A stretch of DNA of 64,000 nt, from NCBI GenBank assembly GCA_903813345.2, contig CAIIXF020000001.1, positions 11,346,001 to 11,410,000 of the forward strand. The letters are read 5' to 3'. This document shows, in pieces, positions 37,575-59,391 of the stretch. A model generated the notes under the pieces. It saw nothing but the letters and a program-made list of their open reading frames with translations. It searched no databases and had not been told where the DNA came from. This DNA is from Owenia fusiformis. Taxonomy: Eukaryota. The translations under genes were made by a program, and so were the position numbers. How positions within the stretch are numbered: the first letter of the stretch is position 1; each line of letters begins with the position of its first letter.

Positions 37575-38032
37575 ATCTAGAAAAGGTGAACACAGGGCAA
37601 CCCCGACCCAAAAATGACGATGATGATGCTGATGATACGATAAGTAAGAAAATCCATAACAAAGTTGAATTTTTGAAAATCTGATGTCAATGTGATAAAC
37701 AGGTATACTAGATAGTACTAAGCTGTACCTATCTCAAGTTATCTAGATTATTGTTAACAAATATTAAAGACGTACCATTCATTTTCCAACATCTATTTTG
37801 AAGTAACCAGATTTCTTTTTATGGACGACTATGTTATGTTTACTAACAGTGTCATGGAATCCAACGAAATACCAATACCTTGAGTGTGGCGTCATTGAAT
37901 TGAATTGCCATGGTGTTATTTGCCATGGTGTTATTTTTAGAAACATTCTATTGTACTTTTGCAGAAGTGAAATAAATTGCACATCATTTTCACACCCCAT
38001 TCTCTTATCGTCGTAGCACTGGAAGTTTACGA

Positions 38033-38697
38033 CGTTATACCAAGTATTTTTGGCGGGAGATTTGTAAGTACTCATTCATTTCATGGTCCTTTCCCTTTCG
38101 TAGAAACATTGACCATACCATGCTGATATACCTCTAGTATCACTACGTCTCTACATTTTGTCTGAACACGATCTAGAACTTCTCAAACCATCTAGAAAGC
38201 ACGACAATTTCTTGAAAACATATGATAATTTTTCACGAAAATAATCATAGTTTCTAAAATTATAGCCTTATCATCTTGAAATATTGATAAAATTAAAAAT
38301 ACAATTTTTACGTATCATCCAGACACTTCAGTTTCCCAAATTAATAAAAGAATTCCTAGATATTAAATTTTCTTTGAATATATACAACGTTCGAAGAATT
38401 AAATATCTACACTGAAATGACATATACTACCTTCTTCACGTTGTATACTTTCAAAGAAAAAAAGATAATCTTTCAAAAAATTGTCCTGGTTTCTAGAAGG
38501 TTTGAGAGGTATATGTTTTTAAACAGAACTGACCCCAGGATCTAACAAATAAATGCTGGACTGTTAGCATTGTGAAAGGCTGCGCTCAACACCTGCATGG
38601 TATGGTCAATGTTTCTAGAAATGGAGAGCCAAATTCTCTCAAAACGTCTAAATAAATGATTACTTACAAATCTCCCGCTGAAAATACTTGTATAACG
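38033..38697. mobile_element. Foldback/MITE with long imperfect TIRs
   Basis: cgttataccaagtatttttggcgggagatttgtaagta versus tacttacaaatctcccgctgaaaatacttgtataacg, and tagaaacattgaccataccatgc versus gcatggtatggtcaatgtttcta. Confidence 0.78.
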
Positions 38698-38963
38698 GCT
38701 ACCTGGACAGTGTATGCAACATGATCTTAATGGTATGAAACTACTTTTTGCATTATCTCTGCTGAAACTAGAACTAAATATTGTTGAAATTACTGACAGC
38801 CAATCCTGATGATCACCACCCTGCTAGGCCTGCTCTAAGGGTATTAGCACTAGTTAAGAAGGCTCATATTTTACTATCAATAGTGGAGGGTCTTGTGCAG
38901 TTGTGCCAAGACCATCACAGAAGCTGACTTGGCACTAGATAAGGTGGGCCATATTGGACATTA

Positions 38964-40544
38964 GGGAGGTTAAGATTAGCGTAAAAATATACGTGTACCT
39001 ATCCCTATCCGTATGTTTGTTACGGATACGTTTAGGTAATGCGTATTGCAAAATGAGTTTAAGATTAACGTAAAAGGCTACGAAACCGTATGCTACAATT
39101 TATGATAAAATTAACTCCTAATCATAGAATAAAAACCATGCGATGGCTTATATGGCATATACCAGTACATCTCACCTCCAAGAACTGTTATATACTTCAG
39201 AGAGTGTGTGGTGTAGCTACTGTAGTTGGGAGGGGGTGATGCTTGAGGGTCCGCTAACCCCCCTATCACACCAAACTAGTTCTTACCCGTTCTTGCCAGT
39301 CCTACGAAAACGTCGTAAAACGGGCTCAATCTGACTGTGGTCGGGAAATATGTCTGAAATAATTAGCTTCTTCGTTCTTAAACAGTCTTCAATACGTCCA
39401 TCTCGTTCGCAGTTCGTTCAGGTCGCACCACGTCGGTGTGCAACGTACTAGAACGCGTCCCTTAGTCTAGAAGGTCAACATGACCTGATAACAGAACGGC
39501 ATGGTCGCCATCGAATTTTGAATCGATTCAAAATTCTAAAATCACATTCCCGTCTGAGAACGTTCATAAAGTTCGTGAATAGACCTTAGAAAGTTGCAGC
39601 TACGTTCATTCCGTTCGCACACAGTTTAAAACCAGTTTTGGAGAACGCAGTGGCAACTTGTTTGGTGTGATAGCTATATTTTTGCTAACTCGTTCATAAG
39701 CAGTGTTAAATACGTTCTTAATCAGTTTAAACCCGTTTGCAATTAGTTCTACCTCGTTCTAAACACGTCCTCAGACAGTTCAACTCGTTGTTAAAACGTC
39801 CCTAGTAGGATTGAAGTACGACGGTTCCGTTCATTGTACGTCCAGCTCGTCGTTAGTACGTTTTCACTCGTTCTAATTGTAGAACGTGACGACCACGAGA
39901 ACATTTTTAGCATTGTCTGAGTTCTAGAGGACCTACCGGTTCGAGTACGTTCGATGAAGTTTGTAAATAGATCCCAAACGGTTCTTAGTAGGTCCAGTCC
40001 GTTCGTACACAGTTGAAGCCCGTTTTCGAGAACGTAGTGAGAACTAGTTTGGTGTGATAGTAGGGTAATGGGGCAGTGACTTAAGCCGAAATGTTAAATT
40101 TCTAGCATGATCTAGCAATGAGAGTGGCCAAATAGTAAAGTTAGACAATTAAAACCACGATATAATGGCTGATTTCATACATTTACAATAAGCAAAACTG
40201 ATGAAGGATTTGTAAATTCAACAATTTCATGCATCATCACATGGCATCGTTTATCGCATCAATGAATGTGTTCGACCACTTAATTTTTATGCAGATCGAA
40301 TGAGAAATGTTTGGTGTTACTATTTTAAAGTTTAATGGATGATATTTGATGTAGAAATGACACAATTTGTTTGATTAGATAAAAACATACGTTTTCGAAT
40401 TACCTATCCTTGGCCATTTTTAGGTAATTACGTATCGTAAACCCTGTAACTTAGGTAAAATACCGCTTAGTGTAATAACAAACTACGTATAGGTACCTGT
40501 ACATGTATAGGTAAATGGGTTATTTACGCTAATCTTAAACTCCC
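38964..40544. mobile_element. Non-autonomous TIR DNA transposon (outer element)
   Basis: TA|GGGAGGTTAAGATTAGCGTAAA ... TTTACGCTAATCTTAAACTCCC|TA. Confidence 0.75.
39258..40065. mobile_element. Nested TIR element with TAA target-site duplication (PIF/Harbinger-like)
   Basis: TAA|CCCCCCTATCACACCAAACTAGTTCT ... AGAACTAGTTTGGTGTGATAGTAGGG|TAA; an internal partial copy of the right end lies near 39600-39672. Confidence 0.75.
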
Positions 40545-40978
40545 TATTATCAGAGTTTGTACTTAGTTTTTAACAGTTGGTGATAATAGTAATAACCTCA
40601 TTTCAGCGGGCAACATAGTGAAATCGATATGTTGCCCTTTGAAATGAGGCTATTGCTATATCGATTATACAATATCATATCGGAAATACAAAATAAGACA
40701 AGAATATATTTTAAATCATCACAATATTTTTATTCGGAAATCCATGATTTAAGAAAAAATAAATTCAATTCTACAAAATATACAAATGGGTTTTGTAGAT
40801 TTACACATTGTTACTTTACATTATATTCTTGATAAGATTAATTTGTAAATCATTGAATACAAAAATGGTATTGCAATATGACAAAATAAAAGAATGTCTC
40901 CCAAATCACTCATTTTTATGGCTAAAACATCTAAACCAGAATACTGCTCCATGTTAATCGTTTCATATGTTACAATTA

Positions 40979-50745
<9,767 letters not shown>

Positions 50746-51476
50746 TCGATAATAATTTCATGTTGTGTACGCATGTGCGAGTTTTAATTATTGTTTAGTA
50801 GACAGGCTATGTAAACAAATGCCAGTTAAATTAATCTAGATAAAGACACATTTTTATTGATTTTATATAAAACCTTCAAAGATGGAGGTTGGAGGTTATA
50901 TTTCTTGTTATATATCAAGTAATTGCACAAAACCCTATAATGGAACAAAACAAATTAGAAAAAGGCCAATTAATGCCCAAAAAGGCCCACTAATTGCAGG
51001 CGCCCTAAAAGTTTTTTGGCCCAAATTTTTCCTTTAGGTTCAGGGTCATTAAAACCATGGATAGCAAAAACTGGTAGGTGGAAACCTCTGCATGTTAATG
51101 GAACACCTTGAAAATGGAACAGATTTTTAAAGTCCATTTTTAAAGCGCATAGACTTATATCAATTGAACATGAAGTAACTTAAACACCTTATGCTCTGGA
51201 GGGATAAATTGCTATTAATAACATACACTGGATCCTTTATTACACACAGTTGCTAGCTTATCAGAATGATTCTTAGTTATTGTTAATAACATATGGCATG
51301 AGCATGTGCAAGATCAAAATTAATCTGACAATAAAAAGTAGTTCCTCACATCTGCTTGTGTTTCTGACTTCTTATGCAATAAAATATTTCTCGAATTGAA
51401 AAGTAAACCCATCCTTAGATACTGTTAGGAATAACAGAAACAAATATCAATTTCTCAATACAAATCAACATAACTA

Positions 51477-52744
51477 CAGGGTGATCAATAAATAAGGTAA
51501 AAGTATCTGGTATTTTGTAAATATTGGTCCAAACATCCTGAAATTTGGTCAGAATACTGTATAAGTGGTATTTAATCCGAGTGGTTAATTTTCCGAATGG
51601 TCAAATTTCATCATTTTCCTAATTTTAATTTTCCTAATGACAAGAAACCTACCATTGGATAACATTATAAAGACAATATTTCCGACATTTAATTTTCCGA
51701 ACCTGGCAAAAATTAGGAAATAGGCAAATTAAATGATTAGGCAAAATTACCACTTATACAGTATACTTTTTACATTTCTAAATTAAAATATTTGAATATA
51801 TAACTTCTGCCATATGATTGGTTAATATTATAGTTACCATGGCAACTGGAGTCGGGGGTACCCGGGGCAATTTTATTGCATCCAATTTGAACAAAAAATA
51901 ATAGAAGCATATCTTTTTCAAACTGAAAAGAAATAAATGTGGATGCCAGCATTTATTGTTTCTATAATACTTTGTTTTCATTGTTACATATTTTCTTGCA
52001 AATTTGATGTTTCATGTCACGGAAAAGATAAATATATAATGAAAACTGATGTGATCAAAGAAAGTCTTTGACACAGGTCAATGATGAAAAACAATACCCA
52101 CAGAAGAGATTTGATGAGAGCAAAGAGAAAGAAGCTAAGAGGCCCGCAAAACATTTCACATTGCACTGGGATAATGCTCCATCTCACAATGCTATTCTCA
52201 CGTTACAAACCATTGAAGCACTGGGTTTTCCTCTGTTAGGTCATGTACTATACTCTCCTGACTTGTCCCCTTATGATTTTACCTTCATGGTGAGCTGAAG
52301 AGGGAGTTGATGAAGTTTCTCATGGGAAGACCTGAAGTCAGCTATCTTGAAAATGTGCAGGCTATATAAAAATGGGTTTAAAAAGGTGTTCAAAGACTGG
52401 AGTAGAAGACATGAACTACAGTATATGTTAAAAACAAAGGACATTAAGTAGAGTAGTTATGAAGTATAAAATAAGAATATGATATGCCATTTCAATTGTG
52501 ATTTGAAATATATTTTCAAAAGTGCTTCGACTGAAAATTTAGTTTTTGATAGTTGCCCCGGGTCTTCATGCTTTCTGTTGCTATGGCAACCATAACTTCA
52601 ACCAATGACATTACTTTGATCTGTAACTTAATATATCAATTCAATAATGTTTGAACATTATTCTGTGCAAGTTTTATGAGGATTGGGTAAAATCTGAAGA
52701 AATCCCAGATACTTTTACCTTATTTATTGTCATTGATCACCCTG
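51477..52744 (+). mobile_element. Degenerate mariner transposon
   Basis: TA|CAGGGTGATCAATAAATAAGGTAAAAGTATCTGG ... CCAGATACTTTTACCTTATTTATTG...ATCACCCTG|TA; transposase remnant LHWDNAPSH...HVLYSPDLSPYDF (52068-52298) matches the mariner HDNA/YSPDLAP motifs. Confidence 0.9.
51555..51763. mobile_element. MITE nested in the mariner remnant
   Basis: TACTGTATAAGTGGTA ... TACCACTTATACAGTA 16-bp perfect inverted ends. Confidence 0.75.
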
Positions 52745-54729
52745 TACAAGTACTCGTGTGATTAAACTAAATTCAATAAGACAACTCATTTCAAGTTCTG
52801 GTGACCCTAGGTGGTACCTGTCTCTAGTCCTTATTGGAGGTGAAGTAGATGGGGTGGGTGGGGGGGGGAGACTTGATGGATGATATATGTTACAGGACCA
52901 TCCCTTAATAAACACCCATTGTATAATGGATTAGAATAAATGTCAAGCAATAAATAAAATAAAAGCAAAGTAAAAGCCTTGTGGGTGGATAAATAAGAAA
53001 TCTGGGGCTGAGTTGTATCCTGTATTGATAAGCATTTATTGAGGCACATTATGTTGTATCCCTTTTGAAATTGAAGCATGCATCTCAATGATTACATGAA
53101 ATGAAAATAAAGTGAATGTACTATTGGCACTATCAATCACATGCTCTGCAGTTCTTATTCACATCACACCTATACCTCAATGTATATGTAACTCAGCAAG
53201 ATTTTTATGTTACTATGGAAACTTGTTGAAATTATATATCAGGACAAAAGCAATTTCTCTTGTAACGTAAGCAAATTCTCTTGTAACATAATTCTTGCTA
53301 ATTGACTCTGTACAAATGACAGTTATTGCAGAGTTAAGATATCCACACATTTTATCATCTAGAAAGTAAAATATCAAATGTCATAGATGAGATAAATTAA
53401 AGTTATAGTTGAGTTTATCAGACCATTCTAACCTTAGTCAATGACTGAAGGTGAAATAGAATATAAGAAAACAAATGCAAAAATATTTCTTTATACACGA
53501 GAATATATTCAATACATCAATTTTATACAAAATTAGCACAAATGTCAAAAAGGTATACAAGTAGTGGCTTCGTAGAGAATTAGAATATACAAGATAATTT
53601 GTAATTCTTATTGCACTCCATTTTATATCAATTTATAGTCCAATGAGGATTGGCCAATGAGGATGGACCAATATCAATACACACTTCATATGACCACATG
53701 TTAAAATACTTCATGATCAATAGTGACATCTATGAAGTGTGTTTTAACATGGTACATGGAGAAGTCCCCCCATGATTTTTTCTCGATTTTCTTAGATGCA
53801 TACTCCTTCAAAAAATTCAAAATGTGATTGAATACAATTCATTTTGATGAGATATTTAAAGAATTACTAAAATCAATAAGATGATACATACAGGGTAACT
53901 AAAAAGCGTGTGTCAAACACCTAGCATTTAAAAACTAGCTACACCTCTAATACAGCAGAAATATGCACCTAATTTCAAAAAGTACCCGATATCATACATG
54001 GTCATTGAAATCAACTCAAATAAATAATAAATAGTACTATATAATACAATACATTGATTCACCTATCACAAAATTTTGTTTAAATCCAAACTTTGTTTGG
54101 GTTTAATCGACACAAAAAGAACTAAATGGGTCACCTACTACATGTACAAAAACAACATGTGTTAATATACATGTAGTTGTGTTACCATGGATAAAATATC
54201 ATAAGTTCATGTTTTAAAAACTTAGATAAGATCAATACTGAATAGGGAGCAAGTTTACCATGTGTACATGCAGATTGTTTTTAGGGACATATTTTTATTA
54301 AATTGAGGGGATCTGACATTTTATCACAACAAGGTATAGGAGTTAGGAAATTAGCTTAACTCCAGGAATCTTCTGTCAAAGTTTTTTTCTAATAACCCAT
54401 CGTTTTTTCGGAAAAAGATATTGAGATTTCCAGTGATCTAAAGGTTTGCCCCTCCCGTGTACAGTAACTATTGGATTAGATTTTAGATGTAGAATGATGG
54501 GGATAAAGTAAACATGGCCATAATGACATTTAAAGAACAATGATCGTCATAGCTACAGTTTAGCACACAGCCTCGAGAATTAGGTTACTGGCAAAAGTTA
54601 TGTATGGAAGGGTTGTGTCAAGTTTGGGCTGTGTAGTAGACTGTATCATCTGAGCTTAGAGATGACTACTTCTACAATTAACTCTCAGTAAAGTGTTTAA
54701 TAATCGATATACTTTCACCTTTTACAATA

Positions 54730-54832
54730 CATTGACATCAGATACTCACCATACTGAAATACACTGACATCAGGTACTCATCCTGATATACAGTGACATC
54801 AGATACTCATATTGGAAAGGTATTGACATCAC
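54730..54832. repeat. Short degenerate tandem repeat
   Basis: tgacatcagatactca core repeated about 4 times at ~30-bp spacing. Confidence 0.6.
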
Positions 54833-57800
54833 ATTTAGATCATGATACAGACTAATTTGAAATGTACAACTGATTTCAATCAGACTGTATATTGATTTCA
54901 GAGTAGTAATTAATGTACTTAGTCAGGTATGAGTTGATGTCAATGGCCTGTAAACTAGTTCAATGACTCTACTAAAAAACATACTTCATATTCATGATTG
55001 ATTGTTACAGTAACTCAAGATTGTTTCATTTAATTCTTGACATTTTGTGAATGTGACTAACACCATCCTGCAAAACACATGTATATTGATATCAGTTTAA
55101 TTTATATCGGTTTCTTTATACAAAATTGTGTTTTAAAGTATGATATTGTTACACCAGCTAATGTGTGGGCACATGTACAGATTATGCAAGCATTCACTTT
55201 ACAGTTTAAGGGATACAATTTTTCACAAATAAATAGTGAAATTGGCCCTATTCTACTAGCTACCTATAAATAATGTAAATGTATTTATATGCAGAATTGT
55301 GAACTTTTTGAAACAAGAGGCACTAAACTAAATGCCACTGTTCAAAAGGTTGCAGTAATATGCACATTCTTCAACTTTTAGTTAAATTATATTCAGAGCT
55401 AACATGTACAGTATCTAGTACACATAGGTGCACCATCAGAAGAATAACTAAAATGGCACTAATATATTTTTGAGATTTGCACCTGTACACCCATCTTGCC
55501 TTCTAAGCTAACATAAACAGGCACCCATGTAACCTTTAGGGCTCTTTATCAATTTGCTATCATTATAGCCCTATTTTTGCTTCAGACTTAAGTAGGAGCA
55601 AATTTAATAGTAACAAAAATGCTAAGACGAGATCATACCAGAGTTTAGCTACTTCTGGATAAAGGAAATGATATAAATTAACTCGTGTGTATAAGAGCTG
55701 CTACTAAGCATAAAGACGAACCTGCCAATTTCACAGTTTTCCATCTCGATCATTCACTACAGTACAGTTATAGTGCAATTTTCATGGTAAAAATTCATTT
55801 GATGAAGCAAATTACAATGTAGTGTTTTTTCATAGTCTGTACTATGCAATAAATAGATAATAAAATTATTAACAGATCTTATAATAAATTACAGGAAATA
55901 CACACGTTGGCAGGGTGAGATCTAGGTACAAAATACAATAAAGCATAAAATACAATAAGACAATGAAAATGTATTAATGATTATGACGCAAAGTTGTATT
56001 CAATCTGTTTTGATGTGAAGTAACACCTTACAACTTAGTTGCAATATTATCCCATAAAGGAAGAAATGATGTGTATGATATGGAGAAAATTGTCAACATC
56101 AACATTTTTGGGATTATATCAGTTTTAAGAAATTTGATCTGATACAGGTAAAGAGTAATGTTTTTAAACATGTAAAATAGAGATGAAGTGACAACATATA
56201 AAGCATGATGCACATCAACATAAACCCAAGTCCCCCAATGAATAAATAATACATGTGAATATGAGTGTTGACAATGAAATGAAGAAAGCTATAAATATTA
56301 TCTTTGGTAATTTAAAAGGCATTTAAGTATGGATGTGATCACAATATTTTCTCAAAACATTGTAAAGACATATTATAACTGTCTTTGAGATCAGATCATT
56401 GAAAGTGCAGATAGATATTTTCTAAATTATAATATACAATTATTTGGTTGTTTGCATGAGGTGCAATGCTAATTTGATATAAAGAATAAATGAGACTAAA
56501 ATAATATATATCCTAGATGCCCTAATAAGACCTGATGAAGTTTGATGAATTCTTGTCAAGTTGAAGCTATCGTACGATGCAAGAAATGCATTACCTCATT
56601 ACAATAAGGTCTGCAATGAAGCCTTACATATATGCACTACTTCAGACATCAACTTGAAATCACCAATCTCCATTTGGTTATCCTTTATCATGGGCAACCA
56701 CTTAAATTCAGCTGTATCACCTTCAAAATGCTACATATAACATCTGCATTTGCAGCTGTAGCAAGGATAAAACACTAAAAGGTTATTATCACATTTGTCA
56801 GATCATCAAATACTACTGTATACTTGTCGAGGAAATACTGACTTTTTTGATTTTCGATGAGGACCACCAGATGACATGAAATCTTGAGATACAAATGAAA
56901 ATGATCTGTTACTGCCGAAAAAAAGTTATGGTGCTTGAAACATTTCATTTTGTACAAACTTTTTGAATTTTGCCTTATAATATCCATGCAACCCTCATAA
57001 GGAGTTTAAATCAATGTTTCAATATTCATTACGACTTCACTGACCATTCAAGCTGCAGATCTAAATAAGGATAATGTTGACAATACAGTAGATTCACATG
57101 ATACGAGGCATTAACATGCAAAATGTCACCACCTACCATTTGTTTCAGATGCTGAACTATGTCATGAAAAAGTTGGACACAATTCAATATGTCAACACTC
57201 ATGGTGGTGACATAGGCATAACATATTAATAATAGTTTTCATATGTAGTAAAGCATATAGACAATTACAGGGATGATTCTATTACTTCACATAAAGTGAA
57301 TGATAATGAACAACAAATGCCACAAAAACTACACAAATACTATAAGGCAAAATATTTGCCACTATTGCACTTTGCCATTCATTTCAATAAATTCATGCAA
57401 TCAAGGTCTGATATAAAAACAGCATGTTTTTTAATCCAATGCTATTTTTCTATCTGATCTATAATTCCAGACTCAATTTGAGCATACTTTTAATGTTATA
57501 CTAATTTGTGCCCTTGCCGTATCAATCATTTTTTACTGAATTATATCGCACATGTTTCTGGTAGACAATTGTACTTGTTAAAATTTTATAAATAATCCTA
57601 AAAATAATTATGTTCACTGTTATGGATTTATGAACATTAAATAATCGCCCATAATGATCACTTATCACTCGTTCAAAAGTGACTAATAAAAATTTATGCA
57701 ATTTATCATGGACAAATGACTAAAATAAATATCTATGTACATGTACGATCATTACAAATAAACGTGAACAGATTTCAGGATGTGCTAGCGTATAGCACAT

Positions 57801-57926
57801 ACTGGCACCCATACATGTGGCAATCCCAATTGCTCTTCAGTCTTTCGAGACTATCTGGCTTGGTGGCATCGACTAGAGACAATGCTGTTTTTCACTCCAT
57901 ACTGTTTATGTCAATTTGTACCTGAA

Positions 57927-58124
57927 TAGGCGGTGGGGGGCAGGCTTCCTAGATCACAACAACGAATCATAATATTGATTCATTACCAAGATCTAACTCA
58001 CAGATTTACTCAATGAGTAAGTACAGACTCATTGAGTCAGCACTCACTCGTTAAGCATCATCATTGTGTGAGTTAGTTACTTGGAGTTGTTGTTATCCAG
58101 AAACCCCTCGCCCCAGCCTAGTCA
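57927..58124 (-). promoter_or_regulatory. Candidate stop-codon readthrough cassette of SPSB (UGA-CUAG plus downstream RNA structure)
   Basis: CAA TGA CTAG context; in-frame extension to TAA at 58079-58077; complementary segments 58067-58076/57993-58002, 58027-58037/58008-58018 and 58106-58120/57927-57944. Confidence 0.5.
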
Positions 58125-59391
58125 TTGGTACAGCAGATAGTTCTTGATAGAAGTAGGCAAGGGTAAATTGTGTATTTCATGGAGGCGATTTTTCCCGAGC
58201 TGCTTGCGGATCACCCGCCTACTGATGTCCATAAGAGGGAGGGGTTCAGCTGGAAAACACAGAGAGAAAGAATTACATTAAAGTGAAAACATTATGTGTA
58301 TCATCTCATTGTTATTTTGTTCACTTGTTTGCTAGCATAATTTCAGATCCTAGATATGAATCTGCTGTTATTAAGATATGTTTTTATCATTAACCTTTTA
58401 TGAAAAAAGTATAATTATAGGTTTATTTCTAGACCTAGTGATAATTGAATTTTGCTCTCCATGTGAGCTTATTTGCATATGAGCCAAGAACTAATAAAGA
58501 ATGCATCAGACATTTTCACTAACATAAGAAATACTCTTGATTCAAAATGTGGCTTTGCATTTACAGATATCTAAATCTTTTACTCACAAGAAGTTTAGAA
58601 ACGATGTTTTAACTTATGAAATTTGAACATACTATTTGTACTTTTGTAACTGTATTTGAAAAAAATAATATTGATAAAAAATTCTTAAACTTACGATCTA
58701 AGCCATTAATGTATCTCATTGTTATTTCACAATGGCCCCATACCGCACTAACTAGAGGGTAGAGTTTCTTGCCTTTGAGCCCCCTGAAGGCAATGCCCAG
58801 GAATTGTCCATCTACTATAAAGCTCATGGTGCCTTCATCCATATCAAGCACTATTCGAAATGAGTCTGGCACGACAAATGTCTCATCAGGATTCAACAAT
58901 GTTGGATAAGTTCTTCCTGGGGTTGTTTGCACGTCATGATATAACTTATTGCGGCCGAGGTCCCAACCCCAAGATTCTTTATTACTACCAACCAAGGACT
59001 GATAGCCGACGCAATGTAAAGGAGCATCTATTGTGCCTACACCAACTACAGCATGTGTGCCTCTTTGTCTTGTACTCCAATGTACTTCCCAGACATGGAG
59101 GCCACGTGTGAAGCCATAACGGCCACGAATACAGTCTGTGCTTTGGGCAACTGGGTGCCTATGGAACGTCATCTTATCATCTTCTTTTACAAATATATTT
59201 AGAGATCTATCATCTGTGTTCCATGAATGTTGTAGTTGCACTTCCCGTGGAGCGGGAGGCATATCTAGAAGCATGTCTAATCTCGCTGGCTTCTGGAAAT
59301 CTGGATTGTACGCCAGCTCTCGCTGGAGTTTATTGTTATAGTTTGGTTCACGGGAGATGGTCTTTATCCCACCTGATACTTTCTGACCCAT
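58122..59391 (-). CDS. SPSB1: SPRY domain-containing SOCS box protein (SPSB1/4, Drosophila gustavus orthologue)
   Basis: Exon 59391-58695: [11 protein letters not shown]...[13 protein letters not shown]...[17 protein letters not shown]...[14 protein letters not shown]...[11 protein letters not shown]...[19 protein letters not shown]. Exon 58249-58122: SOCS box [19 protein letters not shown]...[14 protein letters not shown]. Acceptor of the first coding exon near 59480; upstream non-coding exon not located. Confidence 0.95.

Noticed and set aside
58030-58070. Possible SECIS element making the SPSB UGA a selenocysteine codon
   Set aside because: AUGA is followed by AA after only 8 nt (11-12 expected), I see no convincing GA quartet partner, and SPSB is not a known selenoprotein.
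58220-58230. Ser in place of the usual Cys in the SPSB BC-box (LMDIS versus LMDLC)
   Set aside because: The BC-box consensus tolerates C/A/S at this position, so it is not evidence of lost function.
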